Under the pieces are notes generated by a model. It was not told where the DNA came from. It made no database searches and saw only the letters and a program-made list of their open reading frames with translations. The translations under genes were made by a program, and so were the position numbers. A stretch of 64,000 nt of DNA from a virus: IMG/VR virus record IMGVR_UViG_3300040811_000439, positions 1-64,000 of that record. The stretch is one strand, 5' to 3'. Below, one piece after another: positions 28,083 through 36,819 of this stretch. Position 1 is the stretch's first letter. The number at the start of each line of letters is the position of its first letter.

Positions 28083-28426
28083 CAGTGCCCTCTCATACCA
28101 GAATATGCACCATTTTCTCGGTAAAATCTGCCCATAGCATTAAGACGATTCTCTTTTGTGTAGAACATTATAAAGCTACCGGCGTCACTAGTGTTATCGA
28201 AACGTACATCTGCACCATAATCTGCCCATCTTACGCTCCAACGCTTGTTCTCAGGGCCGTAATGCTCTTTCATAAACTCAAGGAACTCAGTGCGTACCCG
28301 TTTATAAATCACAGTGATGTCAGCATTTTTGTCATGGAACTGATAGTTGAACCAAACGCTAACAAGATGTTTCCATCTGCTACCTTCTATAGGTTTGCTA
28401 TATCCCAGTTCGTACTTTGTAGCCAT
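28082..28426 (-). CDS. Small hypothetical protein
   Basis: YGPENKRWSVRW...VRFDN..DA..F pattern. Confidence 0.55.
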   Translation of the reverse strand: MATKYELGYSKPIEGSRWKHLVSVWFNYQFHDKNADITVIYKRVRTEFLEFMKEHYGPENKRWSVRWADYGADVRFDNTSDAGSFIMFYTKENRLNAMGRFYRENGAYSGMRGH

Positions 28427-28781
28427 CTAAGAATCTCTGAAAATCTCCGTGCATAATTGCCCAGAAGTAGGTTTGTTCATCAAATAGTATAATGCGAGGC
28501 CAACGTCCTACTTGCACATAGTAAGGCACTTCTAAGTGCTTGTCTAGGTCTAGCAGAAACTTGTAGCCTGTGTCTATTCGTCCGTTATCGTCCCATAGTT
28601 TAATGTCGTATGAAGTAAGGCCTATGTCCTCTATTAAGCATCTAAAGCCTTGGTCTGTTAGTCTTAGGCCACCATCAGCACGTACATTCTGCCAAAAGAA
28701 TACCATTTCAGTACCCTTTGGAACTCGTGTATGCTCTGTGTTTTTAAGAAAAACGTCTGTATATTGTTGTTTAGTTCTCAT
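28398..28781 (-). CDS. Hypothetical protein
   Basis: GGLRLTDQG...LDKHLEVPYY; coupled ORF. Confidence 0.6.
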   Translation of the reverse strand: MRTKQQYTDVFLKNTEHTRVPKGTEMVFFWQNVRADGGLRLTDQGFRCLIEDIGLTSYDIKLWDDNGRIDTGYKFLLDLDKHLEVPYYVQVGRWPRIILFDEQTYFWAIMHGDFQRFLDGYKVRTGI

Positions 28782-29070
28782 TCCCTGGAAAAATAGTCTT
28801 CCCACTATTTAATAGAACAACTGTAAAGTCCTTGGTTGTGAACTTTTGGTTGAGCTTCTTGCAGAGATTGATAGCATGTCCTGGGTTACTAAAACTTACT
28901 TTCTTGTACTTTGGACCTGGATAGTTGGTTAGAATATTATGACTCTTAAGATTTATAGGATTACCTTGATAGAACACACTCCATATGCCTTCACTTGCAA
29001 GTACTTGGTCTGCTTTATAACTAGCACGATCAACTTTTTCTAATAAAACATTAGGTTTAGGTCTACTCAT
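28771..29070 (-). CDS. Basic hypothetical protein
   Basis: MSRPKP..., GPKYKKVSFSNPGHA; preceded by GATAAATA at 29099-29106. Confidence 0.65.
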   Translation of the reverse strand: MSRPKPNVLLEKVDRASYKADQVLASEGIWSVFYQGNPINLKSHNILTNYPGPKYKKVSFSNPGHAINLCKKLNQKFTTKDFTVVLLNSGKTIFPGNEN

Positions 29071-29123
29071 TTGATTTCCAATAATATACTAACATTATTA
29101 TTTATCTTAGTATATTATGGTGG

Positions 29124-29336
29124 TTAAAATGATTCTGACTGTATCTCGATGTCTATTACGTTGTTCTCTTGTAAGGCTATAATTTTTGCTTGTAGATCAA
29201 CAGTATATGCTAATAGATTTTGATATTCACGTGCGATGCCCTGTGCTTCTGACCTAGGCACCGTAATGTTCTCACTATTAGTTCCCGCACAGCGGTTTGC
29301 AAAACGTTCTAGATTACCAAAATTAGGACGACTCAT
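29124..29336 (-). CDS. Small hypothetical protein
   Basis: Coupled ORF. Confidence 0.5.
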   Translation of the reverse strand: MSRPNFGNLERFANRCAGTNSENITVPRSEAQGIAREYQNLLAYTVDLQAKIIALQENNVIDIEIQSESF

Positions 29337-29793
29337 TTTGTGCTAACCTTAACTGCTCTTGCATTTCTAGCCGATCCTTATAAGGTCCTTTGTATTCATT
29401 GCGTCCAAGTGTAATTAGCTTTGGACAGTAACTTTTTACCCACCCGTGATCGAACTTGATAATGTAGTATCCTGCACAATAAAAACTCTGACTCTTAGGT
29501 GTCTTGGTATATAGAGGTAGTTTACGCTTTACATCGAAGATGTCATTATGTGGCTCACTCTTACAAGGATACCCGTGCACATCATGTTCACGTTTAGGTT
29601 CTTCTGTCACTTCTACCAAGTTACCAAAACTAATTTTGGTCTTTTCAGTTAGTGTAGCTTCATCTGGAAAACGTGCGTTCTTGTTTTCTACTGTAAGCAC
29701 AAAGTCTTTATCACGTCGAAGTGTGCCAACCTTTTGGCCATTCTTTTCAACGATCCAAAACTTGTTTGGTACAATAGGTTTAGCCTGTAACAT
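29323..29793 (-). CDS. Hypothetical protein
   Basis: LPLYTKTPKS.S.YCAGYY..W...YCPK; start at MLQAKP. Confidence 0.6.
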   Translation of the reverse strand: MLQAKPIVPNKFWIVEKNGQKVGTLRRDKDFVLTVENKNARFPDEATLTEKTKISFGNLVEVTEEPKREHDVHGYPCKSEPHNDIFDVKRKLPLYTKTPKSQSFYCAGYYIIKFDHGWVKSYCPKLITLGRNEYKGPYKDRLEMQEQLRLAQNESS

Positions 29794-30778
29794 GATATCC
29801 TTTTTGTAACCACTCTGCATATTTTGTAGCATCTTCAGCAATCCTATTCAGTTCATATTTGCCGCAGAACTTGAGGAATTTAGCACCAACCATCTTGTTA
29901 GTCTTAGTATCCATTTGTCCACGCATACTTGTATCAATGTACTCTTTAAGTTCTGCAGGCTGTGCAGTAAGATCAATCAGTGTGCGATTGCGCTCATAAT
30001 CATCTAGTACACGATGCTCTTCGCCATTGTGATCTGTCCAACGCTGTAGCATCATGTTATTCCAGTTGTAGCCTTTGCTATCACGATCTTCAAATGCTTC
30101 TAGCAAACCAACCTTGTTCTTAGTGCCTTTCTTGCGTACACCAGGATAAGCACTGAACACATTGTCTGTGCTATCACCACGCATACATTTCTCAAACAGT
30201 AACCATTCAGGATTGGGTGTTTCTTTAAGCTCACCTGTTTTTTTGTCCTTTACAGGCTTGCCGTAATCATCAAACACGCCTTCTAATGAGATCATTTGAT
30301 TCTGTATGCCGTTGTACTGTTTTACATTGTCGCTAACCAGTTGAACAAAATCGCTGTCACTGCTAACGATAACATGGTCGTCACCAGGGTGCATATCAAT
30401 CCAACGTGCAATAATATCGTCAGCTTCCGCAATTTCGCATCTAAGGACGCTACAGTTTGAATTATCTTTGAGGAATGTTGTAAGTTCATCATAGGTCTCC
30501 CAGAACAGTTTGTCTTCTTCCTGTTCTTTTTCAGTTAGTGCATCTCGGGCAACCTTACGGTTCTTCTTGTAAGGCTCGTAATAGTCCTTGCGCCAACTCC
30601 TACCCTCGAGTGCAAATACCACATGATCTGCACCTGCGATGCGCCATGCTTTGTTAACTGCACTCATAGTTACATGCATAGCAAAACCCAAGCGGGTCCA
30701 CTGATCCATGCCACGGTGAGCAACGTGTCGTGCTCTAAAAAACGTGTTCGCTGTATCTACCAGCAGATATGTAGTCAT
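29780..30778 (-). CDS. rnh: RNase H / 5'-3' flap exonuclease (T4 rnh-like)
   Basis: LVD..N..FR, SWRK..Y..YK.NR, EADDII, SSDSDFVQL, GDSTDNV. Confidence 0.9.
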   Translation of the reverse strand: MTTYLLVDTANTFFRARHVAHRGMDQWTRLGFAMHVTMSAVNKAWRIAGADHVVFALEGRSWRKDYYEPYKKNRKVARDALTEKEQEEDKLFWETYDELTTFLKDNSNCSVLRCEIAEADDIIARWIDMHPGDDHVIVSSDSDFVQLVSDNVKQYNGIQNQMISLEGVFDDYGKPVKDKKTGELKETPNPEWLLFEKCMRGDSTDNVFSAYPGVRKKGTKNKVGLLEAFEDRDSKGYNWNNMMLQRWTDHNGEEHRVLDDYERNRTLIDLTAQPAELKEYIDTSMRGQMDTKTNKMVGAKFLKFCGKYELNRIAEDATKYAEWLQKGYHVTG

Positions 30779-31530
30779 CTATTCACTCGTAAAACTGTGT
30801 TGATCTTAGCCTTGTTTACTCTAACTATATTACTAGCATTTTCAACAGTTGTCAACCGTGGCAACAAATAACGTGCCCAAGCGGTGTGTGCGTCTTCACC
30901 ATAATGGTAACCATTGTTGACTGTAGTAAATCCTTGTGCACTGCACCAATGCCAATATGTGCCTGCTTGTGTATAAGGATCAATATAACAATCGCTCCAA
31001 TCTACAGGATCTACACTGTCAAAGTGACTGTAACTGTTAAAGAAAACGTGCTTGATATCACGTTCTAATAGTTCTTTGTGTAATAGATATATTTGTTCGT
31101 GCCAGTATTTCTGCTTTTTAATCAGCTCTTCACGAGTTTGTTCATTAACCCATTGCTTGTATTTGTCTGCAAGTTTATCAGGTACACTGTCTGTTCCACT
31201 TGCTGTTACTTGATAGTGCCAATCATTGTAAAACCATTCCTCACGTTCCCATGTACTCCAGCCTATAATAATAATAGTTTCGGGTCTTTTTTCGCTAATA
31301 AACCTTTTAGTGGTTCGTAAGATACGTGCATTGCTACTAGCACTAATAGCATCACAGTTGTAGCCTGCGTTTAGAGTACGACTTAGTTTTGCACCGTAAC
31401 TTAATTCCAAACAACGAGGGTGTGCTAGCTCTCCCATATGAAGGTATTGAGGATCGTCACTAGCGAAGCAGTAATCGCCTACAAGTTCAGCACCAGCAGT
31501 GTGACTATCACCGTTTAGATATATTTTCAT
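30775..31530 (-). CDS. SGNH/GDSL-like hydrolase
   Basis: NGDSHTAG, SN.RI.R, IIGWS..ER.E, HY...AH. Confidence 0.6.
   Translation of the reverse strand: MKIYLNGDSHTAGAELVGDYCFASDDPQYLHMGELAHPRCLELSYGAKLSRTLNAGYNCDAISASSNARILRTTKRFISEKRPETIIIIGWSTWEREEWFYNDWHYQVTASGTDSVPDKLADKYKQWVNEQTREELIKKQKYWHEQIYLLHKELLERDIKHVFFNSYSHFDSVDPVDWSDCYIDPYTQAGTYWHWCSAQGFTTVNNGYHYGEDAHTAWARYLLPRLTTVENASNIVRVNKAKINTVLRVNR
30827..30855 (-). promoter_or_regulatory. Sigma70-type promoter TTGACA-N17-TAATAT
   Basis: Upstream of rnh, inside the 3' end of the previous gene. Confidence 0.55.
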
Positions 31531-31715
31531 AGATTGTTTGCGTGTTTGAAAACTCTCCACCAACACCAGTCAGTGATAAGAGTAAGAATTAAAAATCCTA
31601 ATGGACTTAGGAGAGCACCAAAAATCATAGCTGTTATAATTGTATTAAGCAGCCAACTCATACCCATTGTGTTTAGATAATTACTTGCTACTTGACGAGG
31701 TACAGCTCGGATCAT
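31527..31715 (-). CDS. Small membrane protein
   Basis: Hydrophobic; ATGA overlaps on both sides. Confidence 0.5.
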   Translation of the reverse strand: MIRAVPRQVASNYLNTMGMSWLLNTIITAMIFGALLSPLGFLILTLITDWCWWRVFKHANNL

Positions 31716-32083
31716 CTGTATTCAGTCCTGCCATCACCTAAGTCGTTACGAGTGACCATTGCTTCTTCTTTTTCGTAACTTTCCATAACAACGTGTCTGC
31801 ACACATCCTGGAACCAACGATCAACCATATCGTTTTCATCTTCGTCTCTATATCCAGCTTTCCATAACTGTTTAATAAAGTGCTCGTTCCAATCTAGTTC
31901 AAACGCACCGTTACCTGGATTGGCAGGGTCAACTTCAACGTTGAGTACCGATACCCAAGGCTCGCCTGCTTCTGTAGCAATCTCTTTTGCTGATTTTTTC
32001 TTTGGCTTAGGTGCAGGCTTTTGTTCTACTTTTTTAGCCTGTCCTAGTCCTACTGCTTTCTTTGCATCGTCTAAGAGTCCCAT
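31712..32083 (-). CDS. Hypothetical protein
   Basis: GEPWV.VL...G.FELDWN..F...L...GY...VD.WF. Confidence 0.6.
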   Translation of the reverse strand: MGLLDDAKKAVGLGQAKKVEQKPAPKPKKKSAKEIATEAGEPWVSVLNVEVDPANPGNGAFELDWNEHFIKQLWKAGYRDEDENDMVDRWFQDVCRHVVMESYEKEEAMVTRNDLGDGRTEYR

Positions 32084-32628
32084 TCGATAAACTCTCCTGT
32101 TCCTATTTCCCAGTCACGTACTGATTCAGCAGTGTTCTTTCCTAGTATTACACTTGCTGCTCTAATCGTATTGCCATGACACACAATAAGATGAGGTAAA
32201 TTTGTGTCCTCTAAAGTTTTTATAAATGCTCCAACTCTAGCAGCACAATCCTTTAGACTTTCTCCGTTTTCCGGTGCACGATTCCAACCTCTACGAACAT
32301 TCATAAAAGCAGGTTCACCTAGCTCTACACAAATCTCGTCCTTGTTTTTTCCACTCCAGTCGCCATAGTCTCGTTCTCTTAGTAAACTATCTACCTTTAC
32401 GTCGTCGAACCAAGGACAAGTTGACATAATAATACGAGCTGTGTAAAAACTTCTACGTAAGTCACTACAGTGCACACTTGCAATAACTTGATACTTATTT
32501 TTTAACTGTTCTGCAACTGCAAGAGCTTGTTGTACTCCAAGTTCAGTAAGTTCAGGGTCGTGCCAACCTGTACTTAGGTTTTTAGCATTATACTCTGACT
32601 GACCATGACGTACCCAAACTGTTTTCAT
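32071..32628 (-). CDS. Histidine phosphatase / phosphoglycerate mutase family
   Basis: VRHGQS..N, SDLRRS, ERDYGDW.G, GESL, HGN.IR. Confidence 0.9.
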   Translation of the reverse strand: MKTVWVRHGQSEYNAKNLSTGWHDPELTELGVQQALAVAEQLKNKYQVIASVHCSDLRRSFYTARIIMSTCPWFDDVKVDSLLRERDYGDWSGKNKDEICVELGEPAFMNVRRGWNRAPENGESLKDCAARVGAFIKTLEDTNLPHLIVCHGNTIRAASVILGKNTAESVRDWEIGTGEFIEWDS

Positions 32629-32661
32629 AATGCACCAGCTTTACGTAACTTTTCTTCTAAG

Positions 32662-33525
32662 TCAGGTTCCCCAGGCGTTACCGAAGACGTCGACGTGGAG
32701 GCGTGGGCTATATCTGTAGCCTTTTTCGAGGGCGAGCTCTGCGACTTGACGACCGTTTTTGAAGTAACTGTCTGTCGTACCGCCAACAGGCATGAGGTAA
32801 ACCGGCGCTTCAAGTCCCGCAGATCTATATTCTGCAACAGCTCTATCAACTTCTGCCACATCAACATCATCAGAAACAACGAACTTAAGATACAAGTGGC
32901 TGTTAGGAACACTAGCGTACTTAACAGCAACATCAGGCTTGATAGCATCAACCCAAGTATGTCCACTAACCGATAGTTTAGGGGAGCAAGAGAATGTAAT
33001 GTGTACCTGTTGATTATCTGTGAGGTACGTTTTGAAATCCTCTGACAGAGATTGTGTAGTATTGGTTTCGAACGTGACATTCTTCAAGTCCTTCATGCGT
33101 GGATGTTCTAGCAACTGTATATATGCTCGTTGCCAACCTAATAGAGGCTCACCGCCTGTGATTACCAAATGGATATCCTGACCATTATCCAATGACCATG
33201 CGCCTGTTGGTGTAAGTGCAAGTAGATCATCAACTAGCTGATCAATGTCTACATCATGTTGAAAACGTTTGAATGCAGGGTGCCAAGCAGCATAGCTATC
33301 GCACCCTACAGTCACAAGTGGGAGATCCTCAAGTGTATCATAGTTATCAATCTCATCTACAATCTTTTGGATCTGAGGCTCTGCTGTTTCGTCACTGTTC
33401 CTAGCAATACCAAACTTAGGACAAGTAAAGTTACAACCATACATACGAAGGAATACACTAGGCACACCTGTCCAGCGACCTTCTCCTTGAACTGAATAAA
33501 ACGCTTCAGTATATCTTACTTTCAT
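32662..33525 (-). CDS. queE: 7-carboxy-7-deazaguanine synthase QueE (radical SAM)
   Basis: FYSVQGEG..G.PSVFLR..GCNFTC(insert)CDS, TGGEPL, ETN, SPKL, PRLH. Confidence 0.9.
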   Translation of the reverse strand: MKVRYTEAFYSVQGEGRWTGVPSVFLRMYGCNFTCPKFGIARNSDETAEPQIQKIVDEIDNYDTLEDLPLVTVGCDSYAAWHPAFKRFQHDVDIDQLVDDLLALTPTGAWSLDNGQDIHLVITGGEPLLGWQRAYIQLLEHPRMKDLKNVTFETNTTQSLSEDFKTYLTDNQQVHITFSCSPKLSVSGHTWVDAIKPDVAVKYASVPNSHLYLKFVVSDDVDVAEVDRAVAEYRSAGLEAPVYLMPVGGTTDSYFKNGRQVAELALEKGYRYSPRLHVDVFGNAWGT

Positions 33526-33534
33526 TGACGCCTC

Positions 33535-33723
33535 TTAGTCTACAACTATGTGGGTTTTTAGTGTATCAATCATCTTAGCCTTTGTAAGACGACGATCGAG
33601 GTTGATACCATGATCTGCTGCCCAGTCATCGATTTCCTTCTTTGTCATCTTGTTAAGCTCAGCTTCTGTAATAACAGCAGGTGTGTCTCCAACTCCTAGC
33701 CATTTCATAATGCATTTAAACAT
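33535..33723 (-). CDS. Small HeH/Rho-N-like nucleic-acid-binding protein
   Basis: LNKMTKKEI...A..HGI.L....TKAKMI. Confidence 0.5.
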   Translation of the reverse strand: MFKCIMKWLGVGDTPAVITEAELNKMTKKEIDDWAADHGINLDRRLTKAKMIDTLKTHIVVD

Positions 33724-34189
33724 CAAATTCTCCATCTTCTCTGTGACCAACTCGCATAGCCATATTTGAGTCAGTTTCTCTTACCTCAACCTTACAGCAC
33801 CATACCCTAGTGCCAGGTTCCCAACTAGGTAAAAATATTGTGTTTACGTATTCATACAAAAAGTCTGATAGACCTTCACATCCAGTCTTTTCAACTTCTG
33901 TAATCTTTGCTAGGCCTTTTTTGCCTAGTTCTAGTAGCATGTCGCGGTCTGGATCATCCTGTGCTACTAGCAGAGTGTGATCAAACCAGTCTTCTAAGCT
34001 GTCCTTTAGTGGACGTAATCCACCGAAGTCTACTACCCAGTTACGAGCATCTAGGTCATCAGTTTCAAATTCAAAATGGAAACTTAATGCGTATCCGTGG
34101 ATAAGATTGCAGTGTGAATCTGCTCTCCACTGTCTGTATGCTACTGGACCTAAATGCCTGTATGTTTTTGTACTAATATATTTTGCCAT
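33716..34189 (-). CDS. queD: 6-carboxytetrahydropterin synthase QueD
   Basis: C..IHGY, WVVDFG.L, FDHTLL, GCE, EVRET. Confidence 0.9.
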   Translation of the reverse strand: MAKYISTKTYRHLGPVAYRQWRADSHCNLIHGYALSFHFEFETDDLDARNWVVDFGGLRPLKDSLEDWFDHTLLVAQDDPDRDMLLELGKKGLAKITEVEKTGCEGLSDFLYEYVNTIFLPSWEPGTRVWCCKVEVRETDSNMAMRVGHREDGEFDV

Positions 34190-34194
34190 GTTTA

Positions 34195-34255
34195 TACTCC
34201 TTGGTTATGGAGTGTGCGGAATATTTAAAGAGGGTCGAACACCTTAGTCCTCTAT
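34195..34255 (-). promoter_or_regulatory. Structured 5' leader of queD, resembling a preQ1-I riboswitch (candidate)
   Basis: AGAGG-(ACUAAGGUGUUCGAC)-CCUCU-UUAAAU; possible pseudoknot GGUGU/ACACU; anti-SD CUCC/GGAG. Confidence 0.4.
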
Positions 34256-34261
34256 AGTAAT

Positions 34262-34290
34262 ATTGTAAGATATTTATGATAGCGTGTCAA
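34262..34290 (-). promoter_or_regulatory. Promoter TTGACA-N17-TACAAT with nested CATAAATA
   Basis: Upstream of the queD leader. Confidence 0.65.
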
Positions 34291-34859
34291 CTTTTATTTA
34301 AACGTGCCTTGAGTGCGTCCGTCTGCACTGCTTGGAAAGCAATAATACTACGCATCTCTTTACAACGTCGTTGTGGACCTGAACCGATGTGTAGAACGCT
34401 AGCATCAAATGTAATTAGTTTTCGTGGTTCGTATTCACTTGCACCGTATTCATCGCCTTGTTTAAATTGTGTGCTACCGCCCCAATTGGTATCCCATTCT
34501 TTATCCGTATATAGAACACCGGTAATACTCTGTTCTGGTGTAGGCCAATCAGTATGGAAATCTCCATCTATACCAAATGTATTTGAACTAGCCATACAGC
34601 GTACAAGCATGTAATCATCTTGCACCATATCTAAGAAACGATTAGCTAGTGTTTTGACAAGCTCTGGACAATCTTCCTTATAGTCCCAGGTTTGATGCGT
34701 GTAGAAGTTTTGAAACCAACAAGGATAATTAGGTTCTATATTACTATCGCTAGTTTGTCCAAAGCGCCACCTTGGAGCATATACCACGTCTGCAAGGAGT
34801 TCCACATGTTCATTTTCTGAAATCCATTCTTTATGTGTATTAAATAAGACCACGTGCAT
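34287..34859 (-). CDS. 2OG-Fe(II) oxygenase (prolyl-hydroxylase-like)
   Basis: HTD...W...WGG.T.F...FD..VLH...R. Confidence 0.8.
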   Translation of the reverse strand: MHVVLFNTHKEWISENEHVELLADVVYAPRWRFGQTSDSNIEPNYPCWFQNFYTHQTWDYKEDCPELVKTLANRFLDMVQDDYMLVRCMASSNTFGIDGDFHTDWPTPEQSITGVLYTDKEWDTNWGGSTQFKQGDEYGASEYEPRKLITFDASVLHIGSGPQRRCKEMRSIIAFQAVQTDALKARLNKS

Positions 34860-35202
34860 AACTCCAAATAGCAACATATGTTAACATATGTAATAGTTGA
34901 TCAAAACCAAACAATATCCAATACTGCGGATGTGCTGTTGTTAGTTTCATAATACGCGATACTAGTTCTTTACAATAATCAATAGTGTAGTGTACGGCGA
35001 AATCAGCTAACCCAACAAATAGAGCAAAAGGCCAACCAATAAAATAATAACAAATAACAAATGTAAAGACACCGTGTATAGCTGCATGGATCAGTCCACC
35101 TAGACCAAATAGTTTACTTTTTGCCTGGATCATCCACGGAGTTTGTAAACAGAAGTCGCCGAGCCAATGCTTAACTAGCAGTGCTATTAAGAGTTCAATC
35201 AT
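34840..35202 (-). CDS. DUF3307-like membrane protein
   Basis: KHWLGDF.LQ, HAAIHG, HY.ID..K, FGFDQLLH. Confidence 0.75.
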   Translation of the reverse strand: MIELLIALLVKHWLGDFCLQTPWMIQAKSKLFGLGGLIHAAIHGVFTFVICYYFIGWPFALFVGLADFAVHYTIDYCKELVSRIMKLTTAHPQYWILFGFDQLLHMLTYVAIWSYARGLI

Positions 35203-35714
35203 CACCACCACTCCTCATAGGGGAATACGACCCATGTATCTTCTTCAGCTTTGTTAATTTCAATGCTTGTATAATCGATGTTAAATGGACTTGCTAGATT
35301 GTTTACGATAGTTGCAAAGCGAACATTCTGATTCCAAACTTTATCCCATCGGTGTTCATTTGGATGACAGCCTGCCGGCCAATCTTCTTTAATCCATTGG
35401 AATGTAGCACCACTATCGTTAATATCGTCTAGGATAAGAAATTTCTTATCTTCATATGTGCCACCCATTTGGAAAATACCAAATGCATCTTCTGCCATCC
35501 AACAGTTAGATTCTTGTTCATCGCCATCACGCAAACGAACATCCAGTGTGTGCATTTTAATACCTGTAAGATGACTCATTAGAACAGCAGGAATTAATCC
35601 ACCTCTGGTAATACCTACAATATAATCGGGCCGCCAGTTGTCGGCATACATTTGCTTTATAACGTTATGTACACCCTTTTCAATATCTCGATTAGACAGA
35701 TATAGTTTGTTCAT
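35202..35714 (-). CDS. Purine phosphoribosyltransferase (Gpt-like)
   Basis: VGITRGGLIPA, LILDDINDSGAT PRPP loop, WVVFPYE. Confidence 0.85.
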   Translation of the reverse strand: MNKLYLSNRDIEKGVHNVIKQMYADNWRPDYIVGITRGGLIPAVLMSHLTGIKMHTLDVRLRDGDEQESNCWMAEDAFGIFQMGGTYEDKKFLILDDINDSGATFQWIKEDWPAGCHPNEHRWDKVWNQNVRFATIVNNLASPFNIDYTSIEINKAEEDTWVVFPYEEWW

Positions 35715-35718
35715 TTGT

Positions 35719-35937
35719 TCACGCCTTGATGCTTATAATGTCGCGGGCGTCAAAATCAATAGGTCCTTTTCGTCCTTTGATATAACGCCAGTTAACATTA
35801 TATTTGTTTTTTAGAGTATAACTGATATGCTCTACACTTTTACCTAATGCAATATACATATCATTTCGACTAACACGATCTATTCCTTGACTTAGTTTAG
35901 CATGAGCCAGTCGTTGCACTATTTCTAAATCTTTCAT
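35719..35937 (-). CDS. Small hypothetical protein
   Basis: Fills the gap in the operon. Confidence 0.45.
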   Translation of the reverse strand: MKDLEIVQRLAHAKLSQGIDRVSRNDMYIALGKSVEHISYTLKNKYNVNWRYIKGRKGPIDFDARDIISIKA

Positions 35938-36352
35938 CTCTTACCTTCTGCTTTCGCCATTCAAAATACTTTTCATTGTGCATCCATTTACCGTTGACAA
36001 TGAAACCCCACTCACGTAGTTTAGGACCAGGAATGAATAGTGACCAAGCACATACTCCTGGTTCTAGTTCTACACGATGCAGACTCTTAGGACCGCTAAA
36101 ACGCATGTGTCCTGGACCACGCCAGAAACGTCCTTTAGGAGTAGTCTCCCAATAACCTCCACGTAAGATTAGCGTGAAGTAGGGCCAGGGATGATCGTGT
36201 AGTTCATCCGGATCGCTTTGTAAAAACTTGTGTAAGAATACGTTAAATGGAAACCATTTACGATCTTTTAGAAACAAGTAATACCTAACCAAGTAGGGCT
36301 TCTGCCCAATGCGATCTAGGATTACACGTTTCCTATCTTTGAACATATTCAT
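35897..36352 (-). CDS. Cupin-like protein
   Basis: LHDHPW..F.LIL.GGYWE...HRVEL. Confidence 0.7.
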   Translation of the reverse strand: MNMFKDRKRVILDRIGQKPYLVRYYLFLKDRKWFPFNVFLHKFLQSDPDELHDHPWPYFTLILRGGYWETTPKGRFWRGPGHMRFSGPKSLHRVELEPGVCAWSLFIPGPKLREWGFIVNGKWMHNEKYFEWRKQKVRDERFRNSATTGSC

Positions 36353-36807
36353 AAACTGTATTCGTAGTTATCAGTTGCAGTATTGTTCTGCAAAGTAACT
36401 GCTCCATTGTTTAAGTGAAACCTACGTGCCATATCCGTTTTTGGACTTAGTGTAATAAGACGTTTGACTTTATGATTTGCACGACATTCATCTAGCAACC
36501 GAAAAACAACGTCTCTGCCAGCACGTGGCGCACGACTCCAAACTGTATATGCTACGCAAATAGAACCGTGTTGATCTTCCTGACAAGCAGCCTGACTCAT
36601 AAGGTCAAGTTCCTTTACAGTAGTTGGTACTTCATTAGTATAGGCAACGCAAATTGCTGCCTGATACTTACCGTCCGTTTCCAACACATAAACCCGACGA
36701 CCCGGGCCCAACCTAAAATTAAGGTCAAGCTCGGGTCTCACGGGGTCGTGGTTGGTATCAAACTGTAGTGCTTCTACATTTTCATATGTCAGCGTAGTTA
36801 GGTTCAA
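36349..36807 (-). CDS. GNAT-like hypothetical protein
   Basis: AYTVWS...AGR...TLSPKT.MARRFHL.NGA resembles the GNAT acyl-CoA binding end. Confidence 0.45.
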   Translation of the reverse strand: MNLTTLTYENVEALQFDTNHDPVRPELDLNFRLGPGRRVYVLETDGKYQAAICVAYTNEVPTTVKELDLMSQAACQEDQHGSICVAYTVWSRAPRAGRDVVFRLLDECRANHKVKRLITLSPKTDMARRFHLNNGAVTLQNNTATDNYEYSL

Positions 36808-36819
36808 TACCTTTTCTCC

